From: Bdellovibrio sp.
GTDB lineage: Bacteria > Bdellovibrionota > Bdellovibrionia > Bdellovibrionales > Bdellovibrionaceae
Assembly: GCA_046318155.1 (NCBI GenBank)
Contig: JBKCUU010000008.1
Span: forward strand, 1-32,375
Direction: 5' to 3'
DNA: 32,375 nucleotides
The notes beneath the pieces were generated by a model. The model did no database searches. It saw nothing but the letters and a program-made list of their open reading frames with translations, and was not told the DNA's origin. How positions within the stretch are numbered: the stretch's first letter is position 1; the number at the start of each line of letters is the position of its first letter. A program made the translations under genes and the position numbers. Positions 8,662-17,654 of the stretch are shown here, piece after piece.

Positions 8662-10620
8662 ATGGAAAATCGAACCACGCGAAAACCCTCGAGATCGCTG
8701 CGGACGATTCTAATTGTTTGGTTTTTGCTTTTCTCGGTGGTTCCGCTGGCGTTTGTTACGGGCTACTCGGTTATCAAGTACGAAAAGGCGATTGATCATG
8801 AACTTTCTCAGCGCCTTGTCGGCAATGGCCGCGAAGTCAGCGTTATTCTCAATGACTTTTTGACCACACTTCAGCAGCGACGTGACCGGTACTTATCTGA
8901 CCCAGGTCTTGTCTATCATTTATCGACGGGCGATGCTTCGGCGATCAGATCTCTTGCAACGTCTTGGGTTCGCTCAGATTTGTCGACGAGCTTGACCTTT
9001 TTTAGCCGCACGGGACGGATGTTGACCTCAGTTTTTAAGGACCAAAGAGGGGAAGTCCGCCAGTTCAATCCGGCCTCGGGAAGCGCCCTTTACCTTTCAA
9101 AGCAAAATCTTGAAAAACTGAAAAACAACAAAGAGTATTCTTTTGCCGAACATGCGCCAAACCAAAAACTATCGCTTGTTTTGTTTACTAAAGTGGTGGG
9201 TAAGTCGGGCCGTTTGGTCGGTTATCTTGAGCAGCTGATTGATCTCGACAAAGGATTTCTTGAAAAACTTCAAGATCGAATGAAACTTGAACTCATTTTT
9301 TTGAAATCGGGTGGCCAAGTCACGGTTGGAACGCATTCAGATTTTTCTCTCTATAAAAAAGAATTTTTCGAAGAAAGGCTCGATCGCAAGAAGGCCGAAT
9401 TTTTTGAATTGCGCCTACGTGGGGAGCCCTACGGTTTTATCTTTTACCCTCTGCGCTGGGGCAATTCAGACTTTTTCATCGCAATGGGCGCGAGTAAGAG
9501 TGAAGCGATCTCGGTCTTGCGCAACGTCAACTATGCTTTTTACACGGTGGTTGGCGCCATTGTTTTACTTTTGATCATCACGATTTTATTCACCTCGAAT
9601 GCAGTTCTTAAGCCATTGAATGAGCTGCTCGAGGCGATTGAAAACATGCAGCTTTCTGACCAGGCCGTCGAAATTCCGATTAAGTCCGAAACCGAGATCG
9701 GTTTGCTGGCAGAAAGCTTTAATCAGATGAGCCGAAGTGTTTCCAAAGCACGTAGGGAACTAAAAACCAAAATCAACGAGCTGGAAAAAACAAATCAAGA
9801 GCTTCTCGAGACGCAGTCCCGCCTCGTCCACTCGTCAAAAATGGTGAGCTTGGGTCAACTCGTTGCGGGCGTTGCGCACGAACTCAACAATCCAATTGGT
9901 TTCATTTACTCAAACATGTCGCACTTAAGTGACTATGCCAATCGCCTCATTAAATTAGCCGAGACTGCCGAGCGCAATCCGCAAGGTGTCGCAAAACTGA
10001 TTCAAGAGTATGATCTTGAATACATTAAGAAAGACTTACCAAAGTTGATTTCATCTTGCGAAGATGGTGCGCGCCGAACCCGTGACATCGTTTTGGGACT
10101 TCGAAACTTTTCACGCCTTGAGGAGGCCAAGCTCAAAGAAGTCGATCTGCATGAGGCGATCGACAATACATTGAACCTGTTGGCCGGCGAGCTAAAAAAC
10201 CGTGTTCAAGTTCATAAGCGGTACGGTCAGGTGCCGATGGTCAGTTGTTTCGCGAGCCAGATAAACCAAGTGTTTATGAATATTTTGTCGAACGCAGCCC
10301 AAGCGATTGAAACGAGCGGAAATATCTGGATCAGCACGAAACCGGTGACCTCAGCAAACGGCCGATCCATGGTGTCGATTTCAATCCAAGATTCTGGTAA
10401 GGGGATGACTCCGCAACTCGTCGAAAAGATTTTTGATCCCTTCTTTTCGACCAAGGCAGTGGGGCAAGGAACGGGCTTAGGTCTTTCGATTTCGTACGGA
10501 ATTGTTCAAAATCATGGTGGCGAAATCCAGGTCAAAAGCCAGGTTGGGATCGGGACCGAGTTCATCTTGAATATCCCGGTCAAAGCCGATCCGCCTAAGA
10601 ATGTGGATTTCTTTTCCTAA
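8662..10620 (+). CDS. Membrane sensor histidine kinase (periplasmic sensor, HAMP, HisKA, HATPase)
   Basis: Two TM helices, HAMP (EIGLLAESFNQM), H-box GVAHELNNPIG, N-box QVFMNILSNA, G1 DSGKG, F-box IFDPFFSTK, G2 GTGLGLSISY. Confidence 0.93.
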   Translation: MENRTTRKPSRSLRTILIVWFLLFSVVPLAFVTGYSVIKYEKAIDHELSQRLVGNGREVSVILNDFLTTLQQRRDRYLSDPGLVYHLSTGDASAIRSLATSWVRSDLSTSLTFFSRTGRMLTSVFKDQRGEVRQFNPASGSALYLSKQNLEKLKNNKEYSFAEHAPNQKLSLVLFTKVVGKSGRLVGYLEQLIDLDKGFLEKLQDRMKLELIFLKSGGQVTVGTHSDFSLYKKEFFEERLDRKKAEFFELRLRGEPYGFIFYPLRWGNSDFFIAMGASKSEAISVLRNVNYAFYTVVGAIVLLLIITILFTSNAVLKPLNELLEAIENMQLSDQAVEIPIKSETEIGLLAESFNQMSRSVSKARRELKTKINELEKTNQELLETQSRLVHSSKMVSLGQLVAGVAHELNNPIGFIYSNMSHLSDYANRLIKLAETAERNPQGVAKLIQEYDLEYIKKDLPKLISSCEDGARRTRDIVLGLRNFSRLEEAKLKEVDLHEAIDNTLNLLAGELKNRVQVHKRYGQVPMVSCFASQINQVFMNILSNAAQAIETSGNIWISTKPVTSANGRSMVSISIQDSGKGMTPQLVEKIFDPFFSTKAVGQGTGLGLSISYGIVQNHGGEIQVKSQVGIGTEFILNIPVKADPPKNVDFFS

Positions 10621-10669
10621 AAACGTATCAGGCTGAGACAGCTTACCGTCTGAAAGATGTCTTTTGCGG

Positions 10670-10696
10670 TCGAGATTTCAGCTCAAAATCCGATAA
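10670..10696 (+). promoter_or_regulatory. Sigma28 (FliA)-like promoter
   Basis: TCGA-N15-TCCGATAA compared with consensus TAAA-N15-GCCGATAA. It ends 6 nt before GTG 10703. Confidence 0.45.
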
Positions 10697-10702
10697 GTTG
10701 AC

Positions 10703-11404
10703 GTGAGTAAAGACAAATCAGAATTCACGCAAACCAAGACTTTGCCGCCACTTCGTGATTCTAAGGCGCCGAGGCACCCGTCAACGATGCCGCTGCCTCC
10801 GCAGCGAATTGTCCCCAATCAAAAAAAGCAAAAATCCCCGGCTTGGATGGGTGCGGCTTTGATTTTGGCTGCGTTTGGATTGATTTACATGGTTTGGAAT
10901 AGTGACCAAATTGCTGGCAAAACTGAACAAGCTTCGATGTCAAAAAAAGAGAGATCGAAGATCGATCTCGTCGTGAACAAGCACTTGATCATGACCAACA
11001 AAAAAATCGAGCTCGAACAAGAGCGTGCGCGCCTTGAGCACCTCGCCGACACTCCTTCCGTGGGTGATCAAATTTTACCTCGCAATAAACCAAATGCGCT
11101 TTATGGAGTTGATCACAGCTCTGATCGCAATGAACTTAATGCGGTTCGTGATCTGGAGCGCCCACCCGAGTTGAATATCAGTTCGCCGGATGCGGTGATT
11201 CAGTCAGAACTGGCAGATACGGCCGCGATTGCTGAAAGTGAACGCCGATACCGTGATGAGTATGCCCGACAATTTATTGCGAATGCTAAAGCCGCTGGGT
11301 ACGCGATTGAACTCGATGACAACTTTGTTGTTAAAAAAGTGATGAAGATCAAACCGCAAGGGCGCACACTCTTTGACCGTGGCGGCGGTTCGGCCGCCCA
11401 CTAA
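10703..11404 (+). CDS. Hypothetical single-pass membrane protein
   Basis: Pro-rich basic N-terminus, one hydrophobic helix (WMGAALILAAFGLIYMVW), coiled-coil segments. Family not recognised. Confidence 0.7.
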   Translation: MSKDKSEFTQTKTLPPLRDSKAPRHPSTMPLPPQRIVPNQKKQKSPAWMGAALILAAFGLIYMVWNSDQIAGKTEQASMSKKERSKIDLVVNKHLIMTNKKIELEQERARLEHLADTPSVGDQILPRNKPNALYGVDHSSDRNELNAVRDLERPPELNISSPDAVIQSELADTAAIAESERRYRDEYARQFIANAKAAGYAIELDDNFVVKKVMKIKPQGRTLFDRGGGSAAH

Positions 11405-11407
11405 TTT

Positions 11408-11812
11408 TTAAAATCCGGTCATTCCCATTTTTACAAAGAAACCCCGGTCCGCCAGACTGCAGTATCCGGTCTTGTCTAAGATCAAATGATCTGTCAGCGG
11501 AATTTCGATCAAGCGCCCCACTTTCCAGAGTTTGCGTGTGACGGTGAGATCCGCTCTCGAGGGCAGTGCTTGGCCCATGGGGTGGTTGTGGGCCATAACA
11601 AACGAAGTTGCGTTGGCATTTGCCACAAACCGAATGACATCGCGTGGGTGAACAGGGCACGAATGGACTGTTCCACGAAACAGCATTTTCGCCTCCAAGA
11701 CCTGCAGCTCAGAGCCCAAGGCCAGCGCCCAAAACTCTTCTTGTTCGGTTGAGAACTTCTCCTTCAAGTACCCGTAAGCTTGGTGACTGTTTCTAATCTG
11801 GTTTTGAAACAC
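11408..11812 (-). CDS. radC: RadC-like JAB/MPN-domain protein (short form)
   Basis: EEFWAL, LFRGTV...VHPRDVIR, intact HNHPMG..PSRAD metal motif, LTDHLIL. GGAGG ribosome-binding site upstream of the GTG. Confidence 0.88.
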   Translation of the reverse strand: MFQNQIRNSHQAYGYLKEKFSTEQEEFWALALGSELQVLEAKMLFRGTVHSCPVHPRDVIRFVANANATSFVMAHNHPMGQALPSRADLTVTRKLWKVGRLIEIPLTDHLILDKTGYCSLADRGFFVKMGMTGF

Positions 11813-11929
11813 CTTAACCTCCTGTGTCGACCGTTTTTAGATCATTTGGATGCAAGGAAGGAGCTTTGTCCTTTTAGACGGGAGTCGAGGCGGGGACGAA
11901 ATCCGGTACCGTCCGTCACATGTTTGGCC

Positions 11930-11958
11930 TTGGCTTTCGAGGACGAACTTTTTAGACT
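11930..11958 (+). promoter_or_regulatory. Sigma70-type promoter upstream of lpoB
   Basis: TTGGCT, 17-nt spacer, TAGACT. Confidence 0.5.
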
Positions 11959-11994
11959 CTTAGACAATCAAACTTACCCAAAAAAGGGGTTGAT

Positions 11995-12600
11995 ATGAAT
12001 TTTCAAAAAGTCGCTTTATTCACGGTTCTTGCTGCTGCTCTGATGGGTCTGATCTCTTGCGGACCTAAAGCTTTTGTCAAAGGAACTTATGACGACCCTA
12101 ATCGCGAAAATCTTTTGAATGACCAATGGTCTGAAACAGATATGCAAAATGCGGTGAAAGCCATGGTCGATAGCATGGTCGCTCACCCGGCGATCACGCG
12201 TTCGACCAACCCACCCATTTTGATCGTCACGAATTTGCAAAACAAAACCAGCGAGCGCATCGACACTCAAAGCATCATGGATATGGTTCGCGTGCAGTTG
12301 ACTAAATCAGGAAAAGTCGCGTTCATCGATAAAGAAGCCCGCAATGACATCGCTGATGAGTACAACTACCAAGACTCGGGTATGACCGAAGAAAAAACCA
12401 AAAAAGGTCCCGGCGGCCAAGTGGGCGCGGATTTTATCGTGAACGGTCGTTTGGATTCGATCGTTCAAGAGGTCGGCAAAGACAAAACCATCTACTACAA
12501 ATTGACGCTCAACATGACCAACATCAAAACCAGCGTCATCACGTGGACGGATGACAAACAGATCCGCAAAACTTACAAAAAGAAAACGATTGGCCTCTAA
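11995..12600 (+). CDS. lpoB: Penicillin-binding protein activator LpoB-family lipoprotein
   Basis: Lipobox LISC, WSETDMQ..V..MVDSM, NKTSERIDT, GADFIVNGRL, YYKLTLNM..ITW. Confidence 0.8.
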   Translation: MNFQKVALFTVLAAALMGLISCGPKAFVKGTYDDPNRENLLNDQWSETDMQNAVKAMVDSMVAHPAITRSTNPPILIVTNLQNKTSERIDTQSIMDMVRVQLTKSGKVAFIDKEARNDIADEYNYQDSGMTEEKTKKGPGGQVGADFIVNGRLDSIVQEVGKDKTIYYKLTLNMTNIKTSVITWTDDKQIRKTYKKKTIGL

Positions 12601-12657
12601 ACGACCCTTCGATTTTTTTTGCTCCAACCTGGAGCAGTTTAGTGACTGGAGCCAAAC

Positions 12658-13929
12658 GTGAAAACCGGGCTTTTGATTCGATCGCTTTTGATCTGGATCG
12701 GAGTCCTTTTTCTTTTAAGCTCCTGCGCGACTTATCAAAACAAGTTGCGCGAACCCCGCGCCCTTCTTAAAGAGGGCCGCTTCAGTGAAGCGATCGAAAA
12801 GCTAAGGCCCCTGGCCGAAAAGAAGTCCGATGATCAACTGGTCTATCTGATGGAGCTGGGCTCTGCCTACCAAATGGCCGGGCAGTACAAAGAGTCAACT
12901 GAGGTCTTTTTAAAGGCGGACCGCTTGGCCGATCAAGTTGATTACACCTCGGTTTCAAACGTCACACTCGCGGCCTTAGGCAGCGAAGAGATGATCCAGT
13001 ACAAAGGCGATTCGTTTGAAAAGCTTTTGATCAACGCCAATACCGCTTTGAATTCGACGATGCTCGGGCAGTTTGATGATGCGTTGGTGGATGCAAGACG
13101 GATCAACGACAAGATCAACACGATTCGCCTCGCGGGTCGAGAGGACTATGAGAAAAACTCGTTTGCCGAATATCTTTCGGGGCTCTTGTGGGAAGCCGAT
13201 CGCAATTTTGATAACGCCTACATCTCCTACGAAAATGCCTACAAGATTGATCCGAGCATTCCATTTTTAGCCGAGGATCTCATTCGTGGAGCCAAGAAGG
13301 CCCGCCGCCAGGACACTTACAAGAAATGGAAAAAAGAATTTCCCTCTGTTTCGGAAAATCCAGATTGGTATGACAAAAACAAAGGTGAGATCGTCGTCGT
13401 GATCTTGCAAGGTTGGGGGCCGCGCAAAGATTTTTCTCCAGAGAACCGACGCATTCCCCGCCTGTACCCGACGTCTTCGATGACGGCTTCGGTTCGGGCC
13501 GAGCTGGTGCCCGCTGTGATGGCCAGCTCTCAAGACAAAACTCAGCAACAAAATTCAAAACCCGTTTATAACATCGAGCAAGTGGCGATTCGAACCTTGG
13601 ATGCAGACTACGGCTGGCTGGTGGCTCGTAAAATTGGTGCGTTTGCGGCCAAAGAAGTGATGGCCGATCAAATCCGCCAAAAAAACGAAGTGCTTGGGCT
13701 GGTGGCTTGGTTGGGAATGCACCTTTCAGACCGAGCCGATCTCAGACAGTGGTCAACACTCCCAGAGACGGTGCAGCTAGCCCGGTTTTGGGTGAACTCG
13801 GGATCTTACCGCCTGAACCTCAAAGCTCTTGATGCGGGCGGCACACTGACCTCTGAGATGACTCAGACCCCCGAGCTGACAGTTAAAGCTGGTCAAAAGA
13901 CCTTTTATCTTTGGCGCCCACTTCAATAA
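12658..13929 (+). CDS. COG3014-type TPR-like lipoprotein
   Basis: Lipobox LSSC, helical repeats, YKGDSFEK, ALVDARR, and the family-typical ADLRQWSTLP. It sits next to the LpoB-family gene. Confidence 0.75.
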   Translation: MKTGLLIRSLLIWIGVLFLLSSCATYQNKLREPRALLKEGRFSEAIEKLRPLAEKKSDDQLVYLMELGSAYQMAGQYKESTEVFLKADRLADQVDYTSVSNVTLAALGSEEMIQYKGDSFEKLLINANTALNSTMLGQFDDALVDARRINDKINTIRLAGREDYEKNSFAEYLSGLLWEADRNFDNAYISYENAYKIDPSIPFLAEDLIRGAKKARRQDTYKKWKKEFPSVSENPDWYDKNKGEIVVVILQGWGPRKDFSPENRRIPRLYPTSSMTASVRAELVPAVMASSQDKTQQQNSKPVYNIEQVAIRTLDADYGWLVARKIGAFAAKEVMADQIRQKNEVLGLVAWLGMHLSDRADLRQWSTLPETVQLARFWVNSGSYRLNLKALDAGGTLTSEMTQTPELTVKAGQKTFYLWRPLQ

Positions 13930-14002
13930 TCGAAAATGAAGAGTCCTCTGCTGAAAATAGCGAGCCCAAAAACTTTAGTGTAGGCGACGGCACGCGAAAA
14001 AC

Positions 14003-14029
14003 AAAAACCCGGGATGGGCCCGGGTTTTT
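14003..14029. terminator. Bidirectional intrinsic terminator
   Basis: AAAAACCCGGG-ATGGG-CCCGGGTTTTT, a perfect inverted repeat between convergent genes. Confidence 0.8.
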
Positions 14030-14101
14030 ATTTCTGGTCAACGCGTCCCTCAAGGAGCGCCGGATAGAATTTTCAGTCGGTATCGTGTTCAGCAAAAAGT
14101 C

Positions 14102-14653
14102 TTAGTTGTTGAAATTGCCGTTGTTCGAGCTTGGCAAGATCGGAGCGTTGTCGTCTTGCAGACCCGGCAAGATTGTGGCTTTTTCAGCCGCAACTTTTGC
14201 AGTCGAATCGACAGAAGCTCGAGCAGCTGCGCTTGCTACGCGCTGTTCAAGATTTTCTTTCACGCTGTCAGTCGACGCTTTTTCAGCTTGGGCTTGTTGA
14301 GCCGCGGCCTGCTTCGTCATGTAGTCAGCGGGGAAAGCTCCCAGTTTAGCGAGGTAGTTTGAAATGCTACCATTGCCATTTTGGATGATTTCACGCAGTG
14401 TAAAAAGTGGAGCGTATTGAGACGCTTTCTTTTCAGCTTCGAAAATGATCTGGGTCAAAGTCGCCGCAGTGATGTCATTTTTCGACTTATTGTCGATAAC
14501 CATCACTTCTTCGTTGGTGCGAATCATTTTAGCGATATCGTCCAAGGTGACATAGCAGCTCTGCTGAGTGTCGTAGAGCTTCCGGTTTTGATACCGTTTA
14601 ATGATTTTGATCTTACCATTGGTTGCTTTCACCATGGTTTCGTTTTGGTTCAT
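14102..14653 (-). CDS. PhaR-type (PHA-accumulation regulator) DNA-binding domain protein
   Basis: IIKRYQNRKLYDTQQSCYVTLDDIAKMIR...V.VID.KS..DIT..TLTQIIFE. ATG at 14653 has GGGGAGG upstream. The C-terminal tail is Ala/Gln-rich. Confidence 0.85.
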   Translation of the reverse strand: MNQNETMVKATNGKIKIIKRYQNRKLYDTQQSCYVTLDDIAKMIRTNEEVMVIDNKSKNDITAATLTQIIFEAEKKASQYAPLFTLREIIQNGNGSISNYLAKLGAFPADYMTKQAAAQQAQAEKASTDSVKENLEQRVASAAARASVDSTAKVAAEKATILPGLQDDNAPILPSSNNGNFNN

Positions 14654-14711
14654 CAAAGTGGCCTCCCCCTTCGTTAAGTCCTTAGAACTTTTGGGTTTTG
14701 TGATGGGCGGG

Positions 14712-14740
14712 AAACTAAACAGGGCGCCACATGTTGTCAA
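14712..14740 (-). promoter_or_regulatory. Sigma70-type promoter for the PhaR-domain gene
   Basis: Minus strand TTGACA (14740-14735), 17-nt spacer, TAGTTT (14717-14712). Confidence 0.6.
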
Positions 14741-14877
14741 GTGAACAAATCCCAAGCATTTTAACGCGGAGCCAAAATGCTCCGACCCTCTGTATGAGAC
14801 ACAAAAAGTTCGACTTCCGGTCAGAAAATAAGGGCCCCCCTCTTTAGAACTTTCAGGACCTAGCCGAAAGAAGGGGG

Positions 14878-15288
14878 ATGAATAATGGTTTTGAAAATAG
14901 ACAGTTAGATAAAGAGGTTACGTCAAAATACAAGGCCCGTCTCGGGAGTCTTGTCTTGGGCCTTTGTCTCGTTATTGGACCCGTTTGGGCCACATGGCGC
15001 AGCGGTCCAGACGAGCGTCAGATCGCCAAAGCACAGGGTATTGCCTACCAGGTCTTGGAGATCCGAAGGAAATCTCTTCAATCTGAACGTCTGTCTGAAG
15101 GTCTTCCTAGTCGCGGCCCAGCATCGGCAAGCTCATTCACGGGTGAAGGCCGGATTGGTAAGGCGCCAGACGGAAAGCCCTATTTTTACCAAGTGCATGA
15201 AGATTCGACTCACTGGGCGATCTCTGTCTGGTCGGAAGCTGATTCCGAGCACAAGACCGAAGTCCGAATTCATAAAGATCAACTCTGA
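14878..15288 (+). CDS. Hypothetical small membrane-anchored protein
   Basis: One hydrophobic helix (LGSLVLGLCLVIGPVW), an RGPAS linker and a short beta-rich C-terminus. Confidence 0.65.
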   Translation: MNNGFENRQLDKEVTSKYKARLGSLVLGLCLVIGPVWATWRSGPDERQIAKAQGIAYQVLEIRRKSLQSERLSEGLPSRGPASASSFTGEGRIGKAPDGKPYFYQVHEDSTHWAISVWSEADSEHKTEVRIHKDQL

Positions 15289-15344
15289 TTCAATCAAGAG
15301 TGTCTCGAATTGCGCCGAAGAGAGTCCTAACAGGGAGGACAGCT

Positions 15345-17246
15345 ATGTCCCATGCGACTCTCAGGGCTTTTTCAGTGGCGTCAAAATCAATTTTTTTAGC
15401 AGTTGCCGCCCTGACGACGCTAGCATGCGCAACAAGCGATTATGATCGTGACCGCTCCTCCTACTTCGATGCGGCCTACAATGATCGAAACCGAGCTCCC
15501 GCTTCAATGACACCTCCGCAAAACGCAGCTGATTTGGGCGAGCGCGTCGATATCTCAACTCAGCGGGCCCAGGCCGATTATCATTTCGCAGCGGGGGAGG
15601 CTTACTCCTTCGATGGCCTTCACAGCAAAGCCATCGAATCATTTAAGTCAGTTTTGATTTATGACGCCGACTCGGCTCAGGTGCGTCTGCGCTTGGCTGC
15701 CGAATATGTCAAAATGGGCGCAATGAGTGAGGCCCTGCGCCAAGGTGAAGAGGCTCTCGCCAAAGACCCGAAGAGAACAGACACCCACTTACTCTTGGGC
15801 GGTTTGTATTCGAACTTAAAGAACTACCCCAAGGCGATCAGCTCGTATGAAGCGGCTCTGAAGTTAGATCCTAAAAATACGGATGCTTTGATGTACCTAG
15901 GCGCGGTGTACGCTGAGCGTAAGGCTTTCGACAAAGCGGTCAAGTATTTCGAAGCTTTGGCGAAAGAAGACAACTACCAAACTCCTCAAACCGCTTTCTA
16001 CTATATCGGCCGAATCCGCGAAGACCAAGGAACGAAACCTGCTTTGAAAGCATCTGAAGCGGCATTTAAAAAAGCCATCGAGCTTAAGCCTGACTATCTT
16101 GAAGCCACCGTTGGCCTCAGCGGATTCTATATCCGGCAGAAAAAATCGGCGTTGGCGTTAGAAGTGATGCGCAAGTTCCAGCGTGATCATGGCCCTAACT
16201 TGAAAATTGCAGACCTGCTTTCTTCCCTCTACTTGCAAGAAGAAAAATACGACCTCGCGCTGGACCAGCTCGAAATCCTAGAGAGTGATCCAGATGAGGC
16301 GTTAAATGTAAAAGTGAAAATGGCTTTGATCTACATCGATCAAAAACAGTTTCCTCAAGCTGCGGCAAAATTGACCGAAGTTTTAAAGCAAGCTCCGGAA
16401 TCGGACAAAATTCGCTTTTACTTAGCGGCCGTGTACGAAGAGATGGGCGTGGCGGATAAAGCGATCGAGCATTTCTCGAAAGTTCCTGCGACTTCTTCCT
16501 TCTATCAGGATTCAGTTGTTCACGCGGCCTACTTGCTGAAAGAAACGAAGAGAAACAAAGAAGCCATCAAGTTGGTGGGCGAAGCTCTGAAAGAGCGCAA
16601 AGACATTCCTCAGTTTTATGCTGTCTATGCTTCGCTCATGGACGACTCCGGCCAAGTTGACGGCGCAATTGTCTTGCTAAAAGAAGGAATCGAGAAGTTT
16701 CCTGATTATGTTCAGCTTCGATTCTTTATGGGCACATTGCTTGATCGCAAAGGCGAAAAAGAACAAAGCATCGAGCATATGAAAAAAGTGGTCGAGATGG
16801 ATCCCAATCATGTTCAAGGCTTGAATTACTTGGCTTTTAGTTACGCTGATTTGGGCATTCGCCTGGAAGAAGCCGAAAGCCTCGTTAAGCGAGCTCTCGA
16901 GATGGAACCGAAAGATGGTTACATCTTGGATACCTATGGATGGGTGTTGTTCAAGCTTGGAAAAACCAACGAAGCGATCCGTGTTCTCGAGGCGGCTCAT
17001 TCGCACCAGCCAGATGAAAGCATTATTGCTGAACACTTGGGTGATGCTTATTACCGCTCACAGTTTATGGATAAAGCCCGCCGCATGTACGAAAAAGCGG
17101 TTGAGCATGCCTCAGACGAAACCAAGGTTCGCGAAATCCGTATGAAAATCACGGCGATTGAAAAACAAGAAGTGGTGGGATTCTCGAAACGTCAGCCCGC
17201 TTCGCTTGTGAGCCCCGAAACCAAGGATCCCAACTCCGACAAGTAA
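15345..17246 (+). CDS. Tetratricopeptide-repeat lipoprotein
   Basis: ATG at 15345 follows GGAGG. Lipobox TLAC and many TPRs, with C-terminal LNYLAFSYAD, GYILDTYGWVLFK and EHLGDAY typical of the TPR protein found upstream of lolB. Confidence 0.88.
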   Translation: MSHATLRAFSVASKSIFLAVAALTTLACATSDYDRDRSSYFDAAYNDRNRAPASMTPPQNAADLGERVDISTQRAQADYHFAAGEAYSFDGLHSKAIESFKSVLIYDADSAQVRLRLAAEYVKMGAMSEALRQGEEALAKDPKRTDTHLLLGGLYSNLKNYPKAISSYEAALKLDPKNTDALMYLGAVYAERKAFDKAVKYFEALAKEDNYQTPQTAFYYIGRIREDQGTKPALKASEAAFKKAIELKPDYLEATVGLSGFYIRQKKSALALEVMRKFQRDHGPNLKIADLLSSLYLQEEKYDLALDQLEILESDPDEALNVKVKMALIYIDQKQFPQAAAKLTEVLKQAPESDKIRFYLAAVYEEMGVADKAIEHFSKVPATSSFYQDSVVHAAYLLKETKRNKEAIKLVGEALKERKDIPQFYAVYASLMDDSGQVDGAIVLLKEGIEKFPDYVQLRFFMGTLLDRKGEKEQSIEHMKKVVEMDPNHVQGLNYLAFSYADLGIRLEEAESLVKRALEMEPKDGYILDTYGWVLFKLGKTNEAIRVLEAAHSHQPDESIIAEHLGDAYYRSQFMDKARRMYEKAVEHASDETKVREIRMKITAIEKQEVVGFSKRQPASLVSPETKDPNSDK

Positions 17247-17332
17247 GAATCATATTGCTCGGCATTGATGCGGTCCTGTTTTAAAAATACGGGAGTGTTG
17301 TGGTGCCATCACTCAATTCTTTTCAACCCCCA

Positions 17333-17369
17333 TTTACATGACCACGGTATAGTGGTACATTGGTATAAT
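17333..17369 (+). promoter_or_regulatory. Toxin-antitoxin promoter/operator
   Basis: TTTACA-N17-TACATT plus an extended -10 TGGTATAAT. These overlap three tandem 8-mers (GGTATAGT, GGTACATT, GGTATAAT; 17346-17369) and the inverted repeat ACCAC-N6-GTGGT. Confidence 0.65.
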
Positions 17370-17384
17370 GTTTTGGAGGTGCTT

Positions 17385-17654
17385 ATGGTTGCCCGTCGAG
17401 CATTTAAAGGTCAAGTTCATGTCCGTCTCTCACCTGAGGCCCACGAAGACGTGGCAAAAGAAGCCTTTGAGAAAGGAACTTCCATCAGTGGCATTGTCGC
17501 CCAATCTTTAATGATTAGACGGGCTCTCCGAAACATTGACCCTTGGAAGACCGTGGCCGAAATCCGTGAAGCCAACAAGGGCGTGAACCCCAAAGAACTT
17601 GAGACCGACGTTGTGAAGGCCATCAAAGCCGTGAGAAAGAAAGCCCGTGCCTAA
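17385..17654 (+). CDS. Antitoxin with HicB-like ribbon-helix-helix domain
   Basis: ATG at 17385 follows GGAGG. FKGQVHVRLSPEAHEDVAKEAFEKGTSISGIV fits an RHH pattern. The gene overlaps a PIN-domain gene. Confidence 0.75.
   Translation: MVARRAFKGQVHVRLSPEAHEDVAKEAFEKGTSISGIVAQSLMIRRALRNIDPWKTVAEIREANKGVNPKELETDVVKAIKAVRKKARA

Noticed and set aside
14654..14755. Longer start for the PhaR-domain gene
   Set aside because: It would include the promoter and ribosome-binding site. ATG 14653 has a strong Shine-Dalgarno sequence.
17265..17384. Longer start for the antitoxin
   Set aside because: It spans the promoter/operator. GGAGG directly precedes ATG 17385.
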